A stretch of DNA of 64,000 nucleotides from Octopus vulgaris (Eukaryota), in NCBI GenBank assembly GCA_951406725.2, contig OX597814.1, positions 35,402,001 through 35,466,000 of the forward strand. The letters are read 5' to 3'. Positions 26,366-39,711 of the stretch are shown here, piece by piece. Positions within the stretch are counted from its first letter, which is position 1, and each line of letters starts with the position of its first letter. The position numbers were made by a program, and so were the translations under genes. The notes beneath the pieces were generated by a model. The model had not been told where the DNA came from and ran no database searches. It saw only the letters and a program-made list of their open reading frames with translations.

Positions 26366-26454
26366 GTTTATTGGTTTCATCCCCTCTTTTCTTCCTAATT
26401 GGAGTGGAGAGTATGCTTTTGGGGTATTTCTAAATGTGAGTAGCTATGCAGCAC

Positions 26455-26685
26455 TGCTACAGCAACAGCCATCCAAGAATTTGGACCTGGAGATCACCAT
26501 TTCCAGCGACTTCGAGGGCCACTTCCCAGCAGTGTCAGGCATCACCGAAGAGCCCTCGACTACAACAAGACAACCAAAGTTTTTTTTTTCCAAGGTCTGA
26601 GGTCTCCCACCCCTGAGCCCTAGACCGTCACCTAATCACCCTTACCTGTCGTGTTGCTTAACAACAACAACAACTACAGCAACAA
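26455..26685. repeat. Interspersed repeat, inverted copy of 4965-5190
   Basis: Direct sequence comparison. Confidence 0.85.
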
Positions 26686-29523
26686 ACCTTTTTAACTTTG
26701 CCCTCTTCTCTCATACTATAACCCTTTAGCAGTTAAACCAGTCATATCTAGACAAAATATTCTACTTGTTTTATGTTCAAACTGGCCTGATCTGGTCTCT
26801 CACACCTACCCTAGAATGTCATTCTAAAAGTATACAAGCACATCATTGAAATCTCAAAGCTACAAGATAATGCATAATTAATTCAAAACAGATGTGAGTC
26901 AATAAGCATTGCATTTGATAGAGTAAACTGAATGCTAAAGGGTTAATCCTTTATTTTGTAGAATAAAGCCACCTCTCTCAGAGTACCTCAGGCAACCTCA
27001 CTAGTACTGGTGGCACACATAAAAGCACCCCATACACACTGTAAAGTGGTTGCCAATAGGAAATGGATCTAGCCTTAGAAATCTAGCTAAAATAGACAGA
27101 GGAGCATGATGCAGTCTTTTGACCTGTCAGATCTTGTCAAACCAGTATGGAACATGGAAGTTAAATGATGATGATGATAACGATGGCAATGATGACAATG
27201 ACGATAGGGGGGGAGGGTGATGATGATGATATATATTTGTGTGTATGTATGTGTGTGTCAGCTAAGCTATGGAGAAAGCAAATGTGGATAAATTGTAAAT
27301 AAGTTTACGTGCATACATTTAATAAACACACATTGTAGCTGTCAATTTTTGCAAGTTGAGTGAGCATATAAAAGCTTTCTCAAAATAACTTTTGAGGTGT
27401 CTAACTGAAGTGGAAATTTTGCTTCAACAAAGAATCAAACCCAGGTTCCAAAATTCATTCACCCTGTGCTTGATGATCTGGTGTTGATCATCATAGCTGT
27501 CAGTTAATAAAAATTAATTAACAAATATGAAAATAAATGGGAGCAAATTAAAATACACACATACATACATACATACATACATGCATATATACATACATAC
27601 ACACATGTGTGTGTATGTATATGTATCAATTTATGATTCATGTGAACAATTTGAACATGCGTAATTTGTTGTTTTAAAAATGTTTGTCATAGAGTTGAAG
27701 AGGCGAAAAAATGAATTAAACATTTTTAGTCAATTATATTTTAATTTCAAGTTTTTACATAAAACATGTTCCATAAATACTCTACAATTCTCATTCATCA
27801 GTTTCCATATAACACATATACATATATATATACACATACAAATGCACGCACATGCATACACACACACAGACACACATGTATGCAGACAGACAGACACATC
27901 ACACACATTCACATGTGTATGTTTTATACATGTATGTGTGTGCACATACATGTATGCATGAATACATAGATACACATACATACATACATAAGAATATATA
28001 CGAATATGTAGATACATATATATACTTAAATACATACATACATACAAACAAACAAACAAATACATAGTTATATGTGTGTGTGTGTGTGTGCATGCATGTG
28101 CATCTGTGTATATATACATATGCAGATACATATAAATGTATGTATGTATATTCATATATATATATACATTTGCACAAGGTGGAGGTACGAATTGAAAAAA
28201 CTTAAGTTAAAAACAAAATCAAGAAACAAAAATAGGTATGAGTATTAAAATTAGAATTTTTCAAGTTTTAGTTCATTTGATATTTGAATAAAATGATTAA
28301 TCATTTTTAATTAATCGAACACAAGTTTAAACATAAATAAATAAATAAATAAATAAATGTGAAAAAAACTTTAATGTAAATAACTAAATGAATAAAGCAA
28401 TTAAAAATAGCCTCTACTCATTCATTTTTTAGTTTTTCTTGACACCAGCGACTAATTAACCACTTTTCATATTTGGTGTAATTTATAAACTATTTAATTA
28501 TGCCACAATCATCATGTTCACTACTTCCAATATTGTCGTATCCAGCCATCATCAGCGTTTTCATCATTGTCCATGACCATCACCATCGTTTATGTCTATC
28601 TCACAACATTTTTTTTCACCTCACCCTCTTCCACCTTAGCTTGACTTGGGTTGGACAAGAATATCAATATCAATGGTTGTAAAACAAATCTCAAAGAAAA
28701 AGAGAAACCAAAAACTGTTTGTAAATATTAAGAGTTAAAAGAGATGTGCCAATATTATACAGAAACATTCCAAGTGTCAGGCTCAACCCCTTTATGTTAT
28801 AGTCAGCATGACTTTGATGTATAATTACAAATTTTTTATCTACTAAAAGGGAAAAAAGAAAAAAGAGATACATATGTTTATGTATAGGTATGTTTCAGTG
28901 TTTCTGTATGTGTTTGTGTTAGCTAGTGTACATATGTATGTGCATGGAACTGAAAAACTATTTTTTAAAAAATATATAATAATATAGTGTAAATTTATAA
29001 TAAATGCTTAAATTAATTAAATATATTACTATAAACTTCAATCTATTTAGAAAACCAATCATGTTTGTAAAGTTAGGTGGAATTAATAATGCAGATATCT
29101 AAGACAAACATAAATTTATGATTATTGGAGAATTGGAAAAAAAAATCTTTCAAATGAAAATTTCTTTTTTACTTGGGTAGAAACTAAATTTAGTGAGAGA
29201 GAGGGAAAGTGGAGTTAGTTGATTAAATCAATTTCCATTTTATTACAGGTATTTACATTATAGACTTTAGAATAATGAAACTTTCAAAGCAATTCAGAAA
29301 TATATTTTTGAGGTAGTGAACTGAATCTGTTGCCTGGTATAATACCACTGTCAGGTCTTTCAATGTATTTAGCAAAGTCAAATTTGTTGTAAGCATTAGG
29401 GCAAGTTCTATGATCTGGGGAGAACTTCCTCCTTCTCTCCTATCAGTTTTGGAGGGTCTGGAAAAGACCATCAGTAATAGCCATCCCTTTTTCACTAAAA
29501 CAATAGGCATACAAATATGTGTG

Positions 29524-29565
<42 letters not shown>

Positions 29566-29617
29566 CATGCACACACACACACATGCACGCACACACGCAC
29601 ACATGCACATACACATG

Positions 29618-29655
<38 letters not shown>

Positions 29656-30075
29656 TACCTTTTATCTTCTACTTGTTTCTGTCCTTAGACTGTGGCCTTA
29701 CTGAGGCACCACATTGAAGGGTTTTATTGAACAAATTGACCCCAGGACTTATATTTTTAAAGTCAGGTACTTATTCTAACAGTCTCTTTTGCCAAAAACA
29801 CTAAGTTATGGGAATGTAAACACACTAGCACCAAGTAGTGGTGGAGGACTAACACAGAAACACACACACCCACACACACACACACACACACACTAACACA
29901 CACACACACACACACACATGACAGGCTTCTTCCAGGTTCTGGCTACCAAATCTGCTCACAAAACTTTAGTTGGCCCGAAGTTGTAGTAGAGACATTTGCC
30001 CAAGGACTGAACCTATGGGACTGAACCTGGAACCATGTGGTTGGGAAGTAAGCTTCTTACCACACAGCCATGCCT
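29656..30075 (-). mobile_element. SINE family A (diverged)
   Basis: Same motifs as 23192-23590. Confidence 0.8.
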
Positions 30076-30106
30076 ATATATATGCATATATGTATATATG
30101 TATGTT

Positions 30107-30138
<32 letters not shown>

Positions 30139-30376
30139 TGCATGTATGTATGTATGTATGTATGTATGTCTCCATCCCAGTTTTAGAATAGACACACCAT
30201 GTTTGTGCATGTTATGAAAGATGACATAAAGAGGGTTTGCATTAAGAAGGGCATCTGGCCATAAGATGTTGCTACAGAATAACTGCCCAGTGCATGCCAG
30301 CAGGAAAAATCAATGATAATGATTATAACAGTCAGGATTCCTATATATTTTATGTATGAACATATGTATGTATATA

Positions 30377-31176
30377 GGCACAGGACTGGGTGTGTAGTTA
30401 GAAGCTTGCTTCCCAACCACATGGTTTCAGGTTCAGTCCCACTCTGTGGCACCTAGGGTAAGTGTCTTTGACTATTGCCTCAATCAAACCTTGTAAGTGG
30501 ATTTGGTAGACAGAAACTGAAAGAAGCCCATCGTATATATATATATATGTATGTATTCGTATGTCTGTGTTTGTCCCCCACCACCATCGTTTGACAACCT
30601 AGGTTGGCGTCTGTACATCCCTATAACTTAGTGGTTCAGCAAAAGAGACTAATAGTATAATTACTAGGCTTACAAAGTCCTGGGGTTGATTTGTTTGACT
30701 AAAGGCAATGTTCCAGCATGGCTGCAGTCAAATGACTGAAACAAGTAAAATAAAAAACATATATATGTAGATATACATATAGGCACAGGAGTAGCTGTGT
30801 GGTAAGTAGCTTGCTAACCAACCACATGGTTCCGGGTTCAGTCCCACTGCATGGCATCTTGGGCAAGTGTCTTCTGCTATAGCCCCGGGCCGACCAATGC
30901 CTTGTGTGTGGATTTGGTAGACGGAAACTGAAAGAAGCCCGTCGTATATATGTATATATATATAAGTGTGTGTGTATATGTTTGTGTGTCTGTGTTTGTC
31001 CCCCTAGCATTGCTTGACAACCGTCACTTAGCGGTTCGGCAAAAGAGACCGATAGAATAAGTACTGGGCTTACAAAGAATAAGTCCCGGGGTCGATTTGC
31101 TCGACTAAAGGTGGTGTTCCAGCATGGCCGCAGTCAAATGACTGAAACAAGTAAAAGAGTAAAAGAGTAAAGAGTA
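30377..31176 (+). mobile_element. Two tandem SINE family A copies (30377-30750 and 30782-31176)
   Basis: Both have the GGCACAGGA...GGTTCAGTCCCACT head and the ...GACTGAAACAAGTAAAA tail. Confidence 0.9.
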
Positions 31177-31177
31177 T

Positions 31178-31213
<36 letters not shown>

Positions 31214-31321
31214 GTATTTATCCCTAATGGCAGTGCCCCATGCATGGATACAGTAAAAATGAATGTTTAGTTCTTCATTTAATAACTGTTTTCTATATAC
31301 ATACAAACATACATACACACA

Positions 31322-31352
<31 letters not shown>

Positions 31353-31789
31353 GCATTATCTGCTCTTTGAATTAACATGCCAAGTAGGTAACTTAACTAC
31401 AGATGCTTGTACTCTATAACGATTCTCAAGTAGTAATCAAAGTTGAACCATGTGACAAGGCCAGACTTTTGAATTCCAGCTACATTCAATGGATTCTACA
31501 TAGTTTCTGTCAAGACAAATTTCCTCTCAATATTTGAGTTAACCTGAAGCTATAGCAAGAGCACTTATGATCCAAAATGTAATGCAAAGGGCATGAACCT
31601 GGACTATGTAACAATGATGATAATGGTGATGATGATATTAATGAGGATGATGATAATATTAATAATAATGATAAAACTACTCACTCAACACTATCCAAAA
31701 GATAGCCTTGTTAGTAACAGCCCACATCCTACGCAAGACACTATCAATTCAATAATACAACCCAAACAAAACAATTCACAAACACACTG

Positions 31790-32127
31790 CTGAGACCCCC
31801 TTCGGTCATGACTGACCATGGGATTGAACCTAGAAAGTTACCCTCCCAGGCACAAGTCCAGGCAATGATGTTTATGGAAGACCAGCAGTCACCCATGCAT
31901 ACCAGCTTCTCCTCTCCATGCCATTGATGTTATCCAAGGGAAAGGCAAAGGCCGATACAGCTTGGCACCTGTGACACCACAACTCATTTCTACAGCTTAG
32001 TGAACTGGAGCAACGTGAAATAAAGTGTCTTGCTCAAGAACACAATACACAGCCCGGTCTGGGATTTGAACTCACAACCTCACAATCATAAGCTCAACGC
32101 TCTAACCACTGAGCCATGTGCCTTCAC
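31790..32127 (-). mobile_element. SINE family B
   Basis: Matches 10051-10389. Confidence 0.85.
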
Positions 32128-32491
32128 CCGCAAATGCAAGACACAGTCTATATAGTAAATATCCATGGAAATAAGCTACCACCAGCAGGCTGCATACCCA
32201 ATGCATTACACACACAGTGCACAATACCAACACTAATACAACAAAAGACTTAAAAGAAAGAAACTGATGCAATACAATACCGGAAAGAGATTGTACAGTT
32301 CCAACAACAAAAAAGAACACACAAAGCTGTGCACACCCCAGTAACAGAGACGTATAGCAGGTGATGGAGTAGAAATTTGTCTGAAACTACCAAATGTTGA
32401 ACAACAACAACAATATTATATAACAGCATTATTATATAATATTGTATAACAACATTATTATGTAATATAATAATAATAATGATATATAATG

Positions 32492-32825
32492 CAATTACAG
32501 CATGGAAGGTGTTTATAAACCATTTAAAAACACAAAAACCGTTAGATTCACTTCAATACTTAAATTTAATTTGTCAAAATATATTCGTTGCTTAGAAACC
32601 GCAACCTGTTCACTGACAAAATTCTGTGCTGCATCTCTTTTCTCAGTGAACAGGTCGCGGTTTCAAAGCAACGAATATGTTTTAACAAATTGAATTTAAA
32701 TGTTGAAGTGAATCTAATAGTTTTGTGAGTTTTTAAATGGTTTATAAACACCTTCCATGCTGCAATTGTTTTTGTTTAAGCACACGATTTCAGATCAGGT
32801 CACTTGCTATGTGAGTACATCTCCA
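32492..32825. mobile_element. Fold-back (arms 32492-32615 and 32643-32768) with G3-C8 hammerhead-like motifs; probable PLE pseudo-LTR
   Basis: ~125-bp inverted arms, ~27-nt spacer and a one-sided tail. Motif: GTCA-GTGAACA-G-GTTGC..GCAAC-GAAT-ATAT-TT-TGAC. Confidence 0.75.
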
Positions 32826-33383
32826 TAATAATATATAATGCCCTGATGCAGTACCAGGCAGTGGCTCTCATGGCTTCTGGTCTTAACTTATCGGAAAGGT
32901 TATCATGTACATTGCTTTGTCTTGGTATAAAAGATGGGCTACAACAAATATTCTGCTCAATACCACAGACTTGCTTGTCAGTTGTTTGATCTTAACCAGT
33001 TGAGCATGTCTTTTGGTGTCTGATGATATGTGCATCTCTGATCATGAGCAGAAGTAGCAGCGAAGTATCATAGCCATGTGTTGAGAGGAATTCTTTGGGG
33101 TTTGGATAATTCACCTTTGGAAACATCCTTAAACATCCCTTATTCAGGAACCTTTTGAGTGGGGTGGGCTACTCAACATGAAGAAAATTCTAACTGCGCC
33201 CTACCTACAAGGTCATGCACTGTTTACCTTGATATGAGATCACGATGTCGTACATATGGTTGTGATGTATGTGCTTGGTGAACCATTATCAGTCATGATG
33301 AGTATACTAGACTTTGTATATTTTACCCCAGTGTTACTTTGATGGCATGCACTGCTCTCTCACTCAATAATAATAATTCTAAT

Positions 33384-33433
<50 letters not shown>

Positions 33434-33434
33434 T

Positions 33435-33625
33435 GATTTCAAATTTTGGCACAAGGCCTGTACGTTCGGGGATGAGTGGGATAAGTTGATTACATTGACA
33501 CCCCTGGGCTCAACTGGTACTTATTTCATTGACCTCAAAAGGATATAGGCAAAGTTGGTCTCGGTGGAATTTGAAATCAGAATGTCAAGATAGACAAAAT
33601 GCCACTATGTATGAGATTGCCAATG
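33435..33625 (-). mobile_element. SINE family C (diverged)
   Basis: CAACTGGTACTTATTT...CTCGGTGGAATTTGAA motif shared with 39712-39887. Confidence 0.7.
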
Positions 33626-34121
33626 ATACAGATGATTTTCTCCCAGTTCTACCTCACCCGAAGATCTTGACTTTGAATAGTTTAACCATTCTGTCCATCC
33701 AACATCCAATGATGCTATTGGATGGCAAGAATCTCCCATTTCAGGTACACAGATTCAGGGCCATTGATATTTCCTGATTAAGTTGTGCTCCTGTTACCGC
33801 CTTGTAGTAAGTGCCAATCACCTGCATGTACTTTGCCTCTGACATTGTGATGGTAACTTTATCCATGTATGCCAACATTGATCTTCTTCATCCTATTTCA
33901 TGCAAGATGCCTCTCAAAGTCTCTAGTTTCCATTGTAGCTCTAGTAACTTTATACAGTTAGTATACACATAATGGATGAAAGGGGACAACATTCATAGAT
34001 TGAGTCCATGATACAAAATGCTTCTGATAGCTGGCCATTTACTCTAACTACTGAGCAAATGTTGCTGAACACTGCTGTGATTCAGCCCCTAAAAACGCAA
34101 TCAAAATCAGCTGCTGTGAAG

Positions 34122-34280
34122 CACTAGCATAGCTAGAGTGTGTGCCGCCTGGGGTGGCCATTCTATTTTCTGTCCCTGTACCCAACAAAAGACACCTATT
34201 GCCTACAACAGACCCAAAAGTGCTACCTTTTAAAAGTGCCACTTGGGGCGGACTTCCTCCACCCACTTGCTACACGAGTG
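34122..34280. mobile_element. hAT-type MITE (159 bp)
   Basis: Imperfect TIRs CACTAGCATAGC / GCTACACGAGTG; 8-bp TSD CTGTGAAG / TTGTGAAG. Confidence 0.6.
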
Positions 34281-34569
34281 TTGTGAAGATAGCCATCAAG
34301 TATTGAAAGTCAAAGGCCCTTGGCTGATCTATCAAGGCTTCACTCATGCCAGTTTTCTCCTCCACCCCTATGATATACCACATGAGATGAAGGTTGTTAT
34401 GGCCAGATCTGTTTAGGATAGTACAAGTTTGTGCTCTTCCACTAAGACTACTGGTGACAAGCATCAGCTATTTCACTTACATATTGGCCAAAACCTTTGA
34501 ATCTTCAGAGTTATGGGCCCAAAAATGTAAATGTGATCCCTATTACTTGGATCCTTTCTCAGCAGCAAT

Positions 34570-34850
34570 GATAATGTGTTGCTAAAAGAAATGGAGAATT
34601 TATTAAATATGTAGAAATAGAGATTATTAGGATGAGGAAAATGAAAACAGAAACAATGGCTTAAATAATAGCTTCCTGGGAAATTATTTAAAAAGACACA
34701 GATAAATACGAACCCCAAACCCCCAAGATTTGCACCTAGATTTACATACAGAAAACAGCACTGCTTTGCATTTCATGTGTTTTTCAGAAGTTGCTTTCAA
34801 TACAGCAACAAGTTCAAAACAAAAGCAAGTCCTGTACTTAAGTTACTTAG
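34570..34850 (+). repeat. Direct duplicate of 36369-36655 (R4/Dong-like LINE 3' end)
   Basis: ~280 bp of near-identical sequence. Confidence 0.9.
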
Positions 34851-35431
34851 GCCTCCTCGACTCATAGAATTGGGAATTCTGCTTCTCTGCTGCTAGTTGT
34901 GATAGATGTTTACCAAGAGGTTACTGAGCAAGTCTGATACATGAAAATAAAGCTTGCAAGGTAGACTATCCAAAACAGGTGATTTTAACCTGCACAACTA
35001 GCTATCACTTTCTATGTATGTTATTGGCTTTTCATAACACTCTACTCCAGTTACTGAATCCATTTGACATAGAGATGTGTACACTTCATAGCCCACCAAA
35101 AGGGCATGAAATTTTGTGGTTCCAAAGTTCTGGTGTTGATGATTGCATTCACATCAGTATCTCATAGCCTCAGATTGTCAAGTAGGTGGCTCTGCTTCCA
35201 AGTACCCCCAGGCAATGTGCATTCATACGGCTTATTTTACGTAAGGCTATGTTATGCAGAAGAAAGAATGTAGGAAATATTCATCTGCTTTGTTCCTGTG
35301 GAGGGACAGGTGTTCTGTCTTAAGGTTTGTGGTATTACTATAAGTAAATCTTTATATAGTCTTTCTTAATATTCCTTCAAAAGTGTCATACTTTGTCAGG
35401 ATAATTATTTTTTAAATATTCAGAATGTATA

Positions 35432-35650
35432 GGTGGTGAGCTGGCAGAAACATTAAGCACGCCGGGAAAAATGCTTAGTAGTATTTCATTTGTCTCTATG
35501 TTCTGAGTTCAAATTCTGCTGAGGTCGACTTTACTTTTTATCCTTTCAGGGTCGATAAATTAAGTACCAGTTGTGTACTGGGGTTGATCTAATCGATTGC
35601 CACCCCCTCCTTCAAAATGTCGGGTCTTGTGCCTAGAATAGAAAAGAATA
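35432..35650 (+). mobile_element. SINE family C
   Basis: GGTGAGCTGGCAGAAA...GAGTTCAAATTC..GAGGTCGACTTT; matches 47905-48112 and 45640-45820. Confidence 0.85.
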
Positions 35651-36149
35651 TTCAGAATGTATTTTGTTCATATTTAGGGCATGTTTTGACTGTTGATGTG
35701 GGTGTGAATTAGGTTTTACTTGTGATTCTAATGTTGGTGTTGTTAGTGGTGGCAGTGGTGGTGGTATGGATGATAGTATTTGTTACTGTTGAGGGTTGTT
35801 GTATCATTGCTCAAAAGCATCTCTCCCATTTGTTTGTATCTTCCATCATTTTTGTTGGCATGCTAGAAAATGTTCTACACAGCCAATATCTGAGATAAAA
35901 ACTGAACAGGGTGGAAACAGAAAAGAAAAATGATAGCCTTTGATGAGAAATACAAGCCTCAGAACTGTGATTGAAGGATTTTTCATTGTGGCTCAGAGTG
36001 AAAACCTTCCACCCATAAACTACAAAATTATGTAATAAATCAGAATAAGGTAAATAACAGAAGAATATGTGGAAGGAGAAGAAACAACCACATTGTCTGC
36101 AGTTCTCTAGTTTTACTCAGGAGAATACAAGTATTAGAGCAAGGCTTTC

Positions 36150-36655
36150 CATACACTGGGAACATTACATCAAAATATCCAGTGGATGAAACACTGAAAA
36201 GAGGTGGTATAAGCATACATAAAAAAAGGTAAACAAAGTATAACAAATCTGTTATACCCCAGGATATGGCAATCTGTACAGATAAGGTGATCAAGACTAA
36301 GTGGCAAGACATTGTTGTCAAAGACCATGAAGAAAGTAATGTCTTTTAATCAAAATAATTCAAAAAGGTGATAATGTGTTGCTAAAAGAAATGGAGAATT
36401 TATTAAATATGTAGAAATAGAAATTATTAGGATGAGGAAAATGAAAACAGAAACAATGGTTTAAATAATAGCTTCCTGGGAAATTATTTAAAAAGGCACA
36501 GATAAATACGAACCCCAAACCCCTAAGATTTACACATAGATTTACATACAGAAAACAGCACTGCTTTGCATTTCACAAGTGTTTTTCAGAAATTGCTTTC
36601 AATACAACAGCAAGTTCAAAACAAAAGCAAGACCTGTACTTGAGGTACACAGGCC
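36150..36655 (+). pseudogene. Decayed restriction-like-endonuclease LINE (R4/Dong-like) C-terminus
   Basis: TDKVIKTKWQDIVVKDHEE...DNVLLKEME...EIEIIRM.KMKTET...IQKTALL resembles the RPD...D...E.K REL domain. Confidence 0.6.
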
Positions 36656-37203
36656 TACATTCACTTGTGCACAAAAATTCCACAATAAAAATAAAACTAT
36701 TGTAAAATAATATCAGGGTTACTCTCCTTCAATTGATATGAATTTACCTAAAATGGAATAATAATTGAATGGTAAGAAAACATTCTTTTTTTATGTAAGT
36801 ATTTTAACATTTTTGAAAATTATGATAATGAACTGGGAAACATTACAGGATATTACAAGAAGTATTTTATGGGACTAGTGATATTAAAACGTGTACTGGT
36901 TTCCTTAGACAAAGACGGCAAAAAAAAAAGAACATACTTAAGGTTACAAGTACTTAGAGACAAATGTCCATTATAGACAAATATGAAAGAGAGAACCAAA
37001 TGAGAATATTATCAACACATTACAGTCATACTCAAGAAAATCTCTAATGCTAAGAATGAAATAATATACATTAAAAGATTAGCTACATAAGCAATAGCCT
37101 AAAGTATTAATGTACAAAATCAGACAGAGTGTTGCATTTAGAATTTTATAATTACTCCTGTAATTAGAAAATTATTATTAGATACCTGTTGTAGCTTTAC
37201 ACT

Positions 37204-37247
<44 letters not shown>

Positions 37248-37340
37248 GTATACACATATATTTATGTATATGTATATATATATGCATATATATATATATA
37301 CATGTATATATATATACATATATATACATATATATATGTA

Positions 37341-37406
<66 letters not shown>

Positions 37407-37502
37407 CATATACACATACACATATACACACATATATACACATACACATATATATATATGTATGTATATATGTGTGTATGTGTATATATATGTGTGTGTG
37501 AG

Positions 37503-37534
<32 letters not shown>

Positions 37535-38974
37535 TATATGCATAACAGATGTAACACTGGATTAATACTAATGGGTTCCCTGCGTCTTTATGGAGATTTA
37601 CAAAAATAACAAATAAGCTAATTGAAGGAAAGCTCAAGAAGATGAAAATAGAAAATCAAGGAAATACAAAATATTATTTATATCTTATATGAAGATCCTG
37701 TTTAACAGATGATTAGAAAAATCTTCGCTTTTGTGAACACCTGATCAGATGCAAAGAAGACAACATGAATTCTAAAAGAAAATGACAATACTTGTTCAAA
37801 AACTTAGTTTGAAAAGTGAAGATTAAAGTCTTCCAGATACCAGCACAAGATAAATGCTTATTTACAAAACACTACATGAAAAATTACATCAAAAAGTCGA
37901 TTTTATTTCTTTTTGCCAGCAGTCACACAATAGAAGGTGCCAAGTAAGCAGCAATAAAACAAGCCATAAGTAACTTCTTTGCTGGGAGTTGCAAAAGAAA
38001 AGGAAAAGAAGCAATCTAAGGAGAAACTGCTTTAAAAACCATAAAGCGATTTAAAAGAATCAAGATTCTTTCAGAGAAATAAGAAAGAGAGTTCCATGAG
38101 ACAGATGTTTGAAGAAAGAAACTATGAAAGTAGAAGAAACTCTTCTTACAAAAGAGTACAACAATGAAGAACTAGTACAAAAAAAAGAATTGTTTGGTTA
38201 GTAGTCTTGAGTTGAAAAACAAGAGATGTGTAATACAAACAGAACTCATAGACATCACCTGCTTCACTAAAGTGAATAGATATATATTTAGGAAAAGTGT
38301 CAACATAAAAAAAAGCATCTAAAAATAGATTACACAAATATGTGTCTGAATATTATAGAGGCTAACAATATTTTAGGATACGATTGATTCTGAGAAGAGA
38401 ACATCAAATAGCAGTGAGAGTACCTCTAATGGTCATATAAGGTACTAGACATAGCAGCTAGAACCCTCAACAGTCACATTCTACTGTCTTAAGAAAGGAA
38501 CAGCATATTTGATAAAGAATCCTCGATACATCCAAAAACAAGGTGGGATAGTCACAGCCTTTTTTTTATCATAAATCTGCACAATGAAGCTGATCTAGGG
38601 TTAACCAACAACAGCTATTTTAAGGTAATGGGATTTGGTAATTCCACTGACCCCAATACTTGTTTGGTGCTTATTTTGTTGTTGCTACTGCTGCTATTGT
38701 TGCTGCTGCTGTTGTTGTTGTTGCTGTTACTGCTGTTGTCTTCTTCTTCCATTCAGGACTCACGCCATTAGCCACAGAGAATAATCTCTAATTCGAGCCT
38801 ACACTAAGCTACTAAGAATGCCTGTGGCAGCTTGAAGATCCACCCACCACACGCGATAGACTGGTTGTTGCACAGGTGTGAAAGCTACGTTGTTATCCTC
38901 ATTCCGTAAATGGCGGCATTTAACAGAGGATTCCCAATCTAGACTAGGGCCTGAAAGTTTACCACAGCATAGTG

Positions 38975-39193
38975 GGTTACACCATGGTTCCTCTGCTTTG
39001 TGGCATAAGTAGGAAGAAAGAGTGAGAGAAAGTTGTGGTGAAAGAATACAGAGGGTTCACCACTACCACCCGCCAGAGCCTCGTGGAGCTTAGGTGTTTT
39101 TGCTCAATAAACACAATGCCTGGTCTGGGAATCGAAACCACGTTCATACAACTGCGAGTCTGCTTCCCTAGCCACTGGGCCATTGCGCCTCCA
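38975..39193 (-). mobile_element. tRNA-derived SINE (family D)
   Basis: Minus-strand head GGAGGCGCAATGGCCCAGTGGCTAGG...GGTTTCGATTCCC. Confidence 0.7.
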
Positions 39194-39711
39194 CTACTGC
39201 TCTTGTTGGTCTCATGTTCATCTGTTTTCCTGTCACTGCCATGGATAATAGTCAAGCTGGGGATATTTGAGTTGAGATAAGATGAATTGCTGCTAATCAG
39301 TATCTTGGTAAAAGGAATAATTTCTCCTTCTACCACTCAATACAGTTTAAGTAGTGGGGTGCATGTTTTAGTATCACCATGATTTTAAACATTAAAATTT
39401 ATGGTTTGTGGACATTTTGTTGTATGAGAGGTGCTTCTTATAGTCCAAATTTTGTGTCTCCCATCTCTACATATGTCCTTATTCAAAGAAATGTTAAGCA
39501 TGGCTGTGTGGTAAGAAGTTTCCTTTACAATCACATGGTTAACTTGGGCAAGTGTCTTCTACTATAGCTCCAAGCCAACTGATGCATTATGAGTGGATTT
39601 TACAGACAGAAACTGAAAGAAGCTTGTTGTATATATGTGTGTGAATGTGTGTGTGTGTCTTTGCTTTTCTGTCGGTCACCCAACCTCCAATCACTTGACA
39701 ACCAGCGTTGT

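Larger units (their letters stand above)
25613..26430 (-). mobile_element. 3' end of a Penelope/Poseidon-like PLE: endonuclease, tRNA-like head, HHR, tail
   Basis: See the component features. The 3' ~150 nt recur at 45206-45360 and 63863-64000. Confidence 0.8.

Noticed and set aside
34570-36655. LTR retrotransposon, suggested by the flanking direct repeats
   Set aside because: The repeats are LINE-derived coding remnants, and there is no PBS, PPT, TG...CA or gag/pol.
37600-38400. Possible further R4-like LINE remnant (also 8950-9170 and 16000-16640 as old retroelement relics)
   Set aside because: Only faint motif resemblance; too decayed to support without an alignment.
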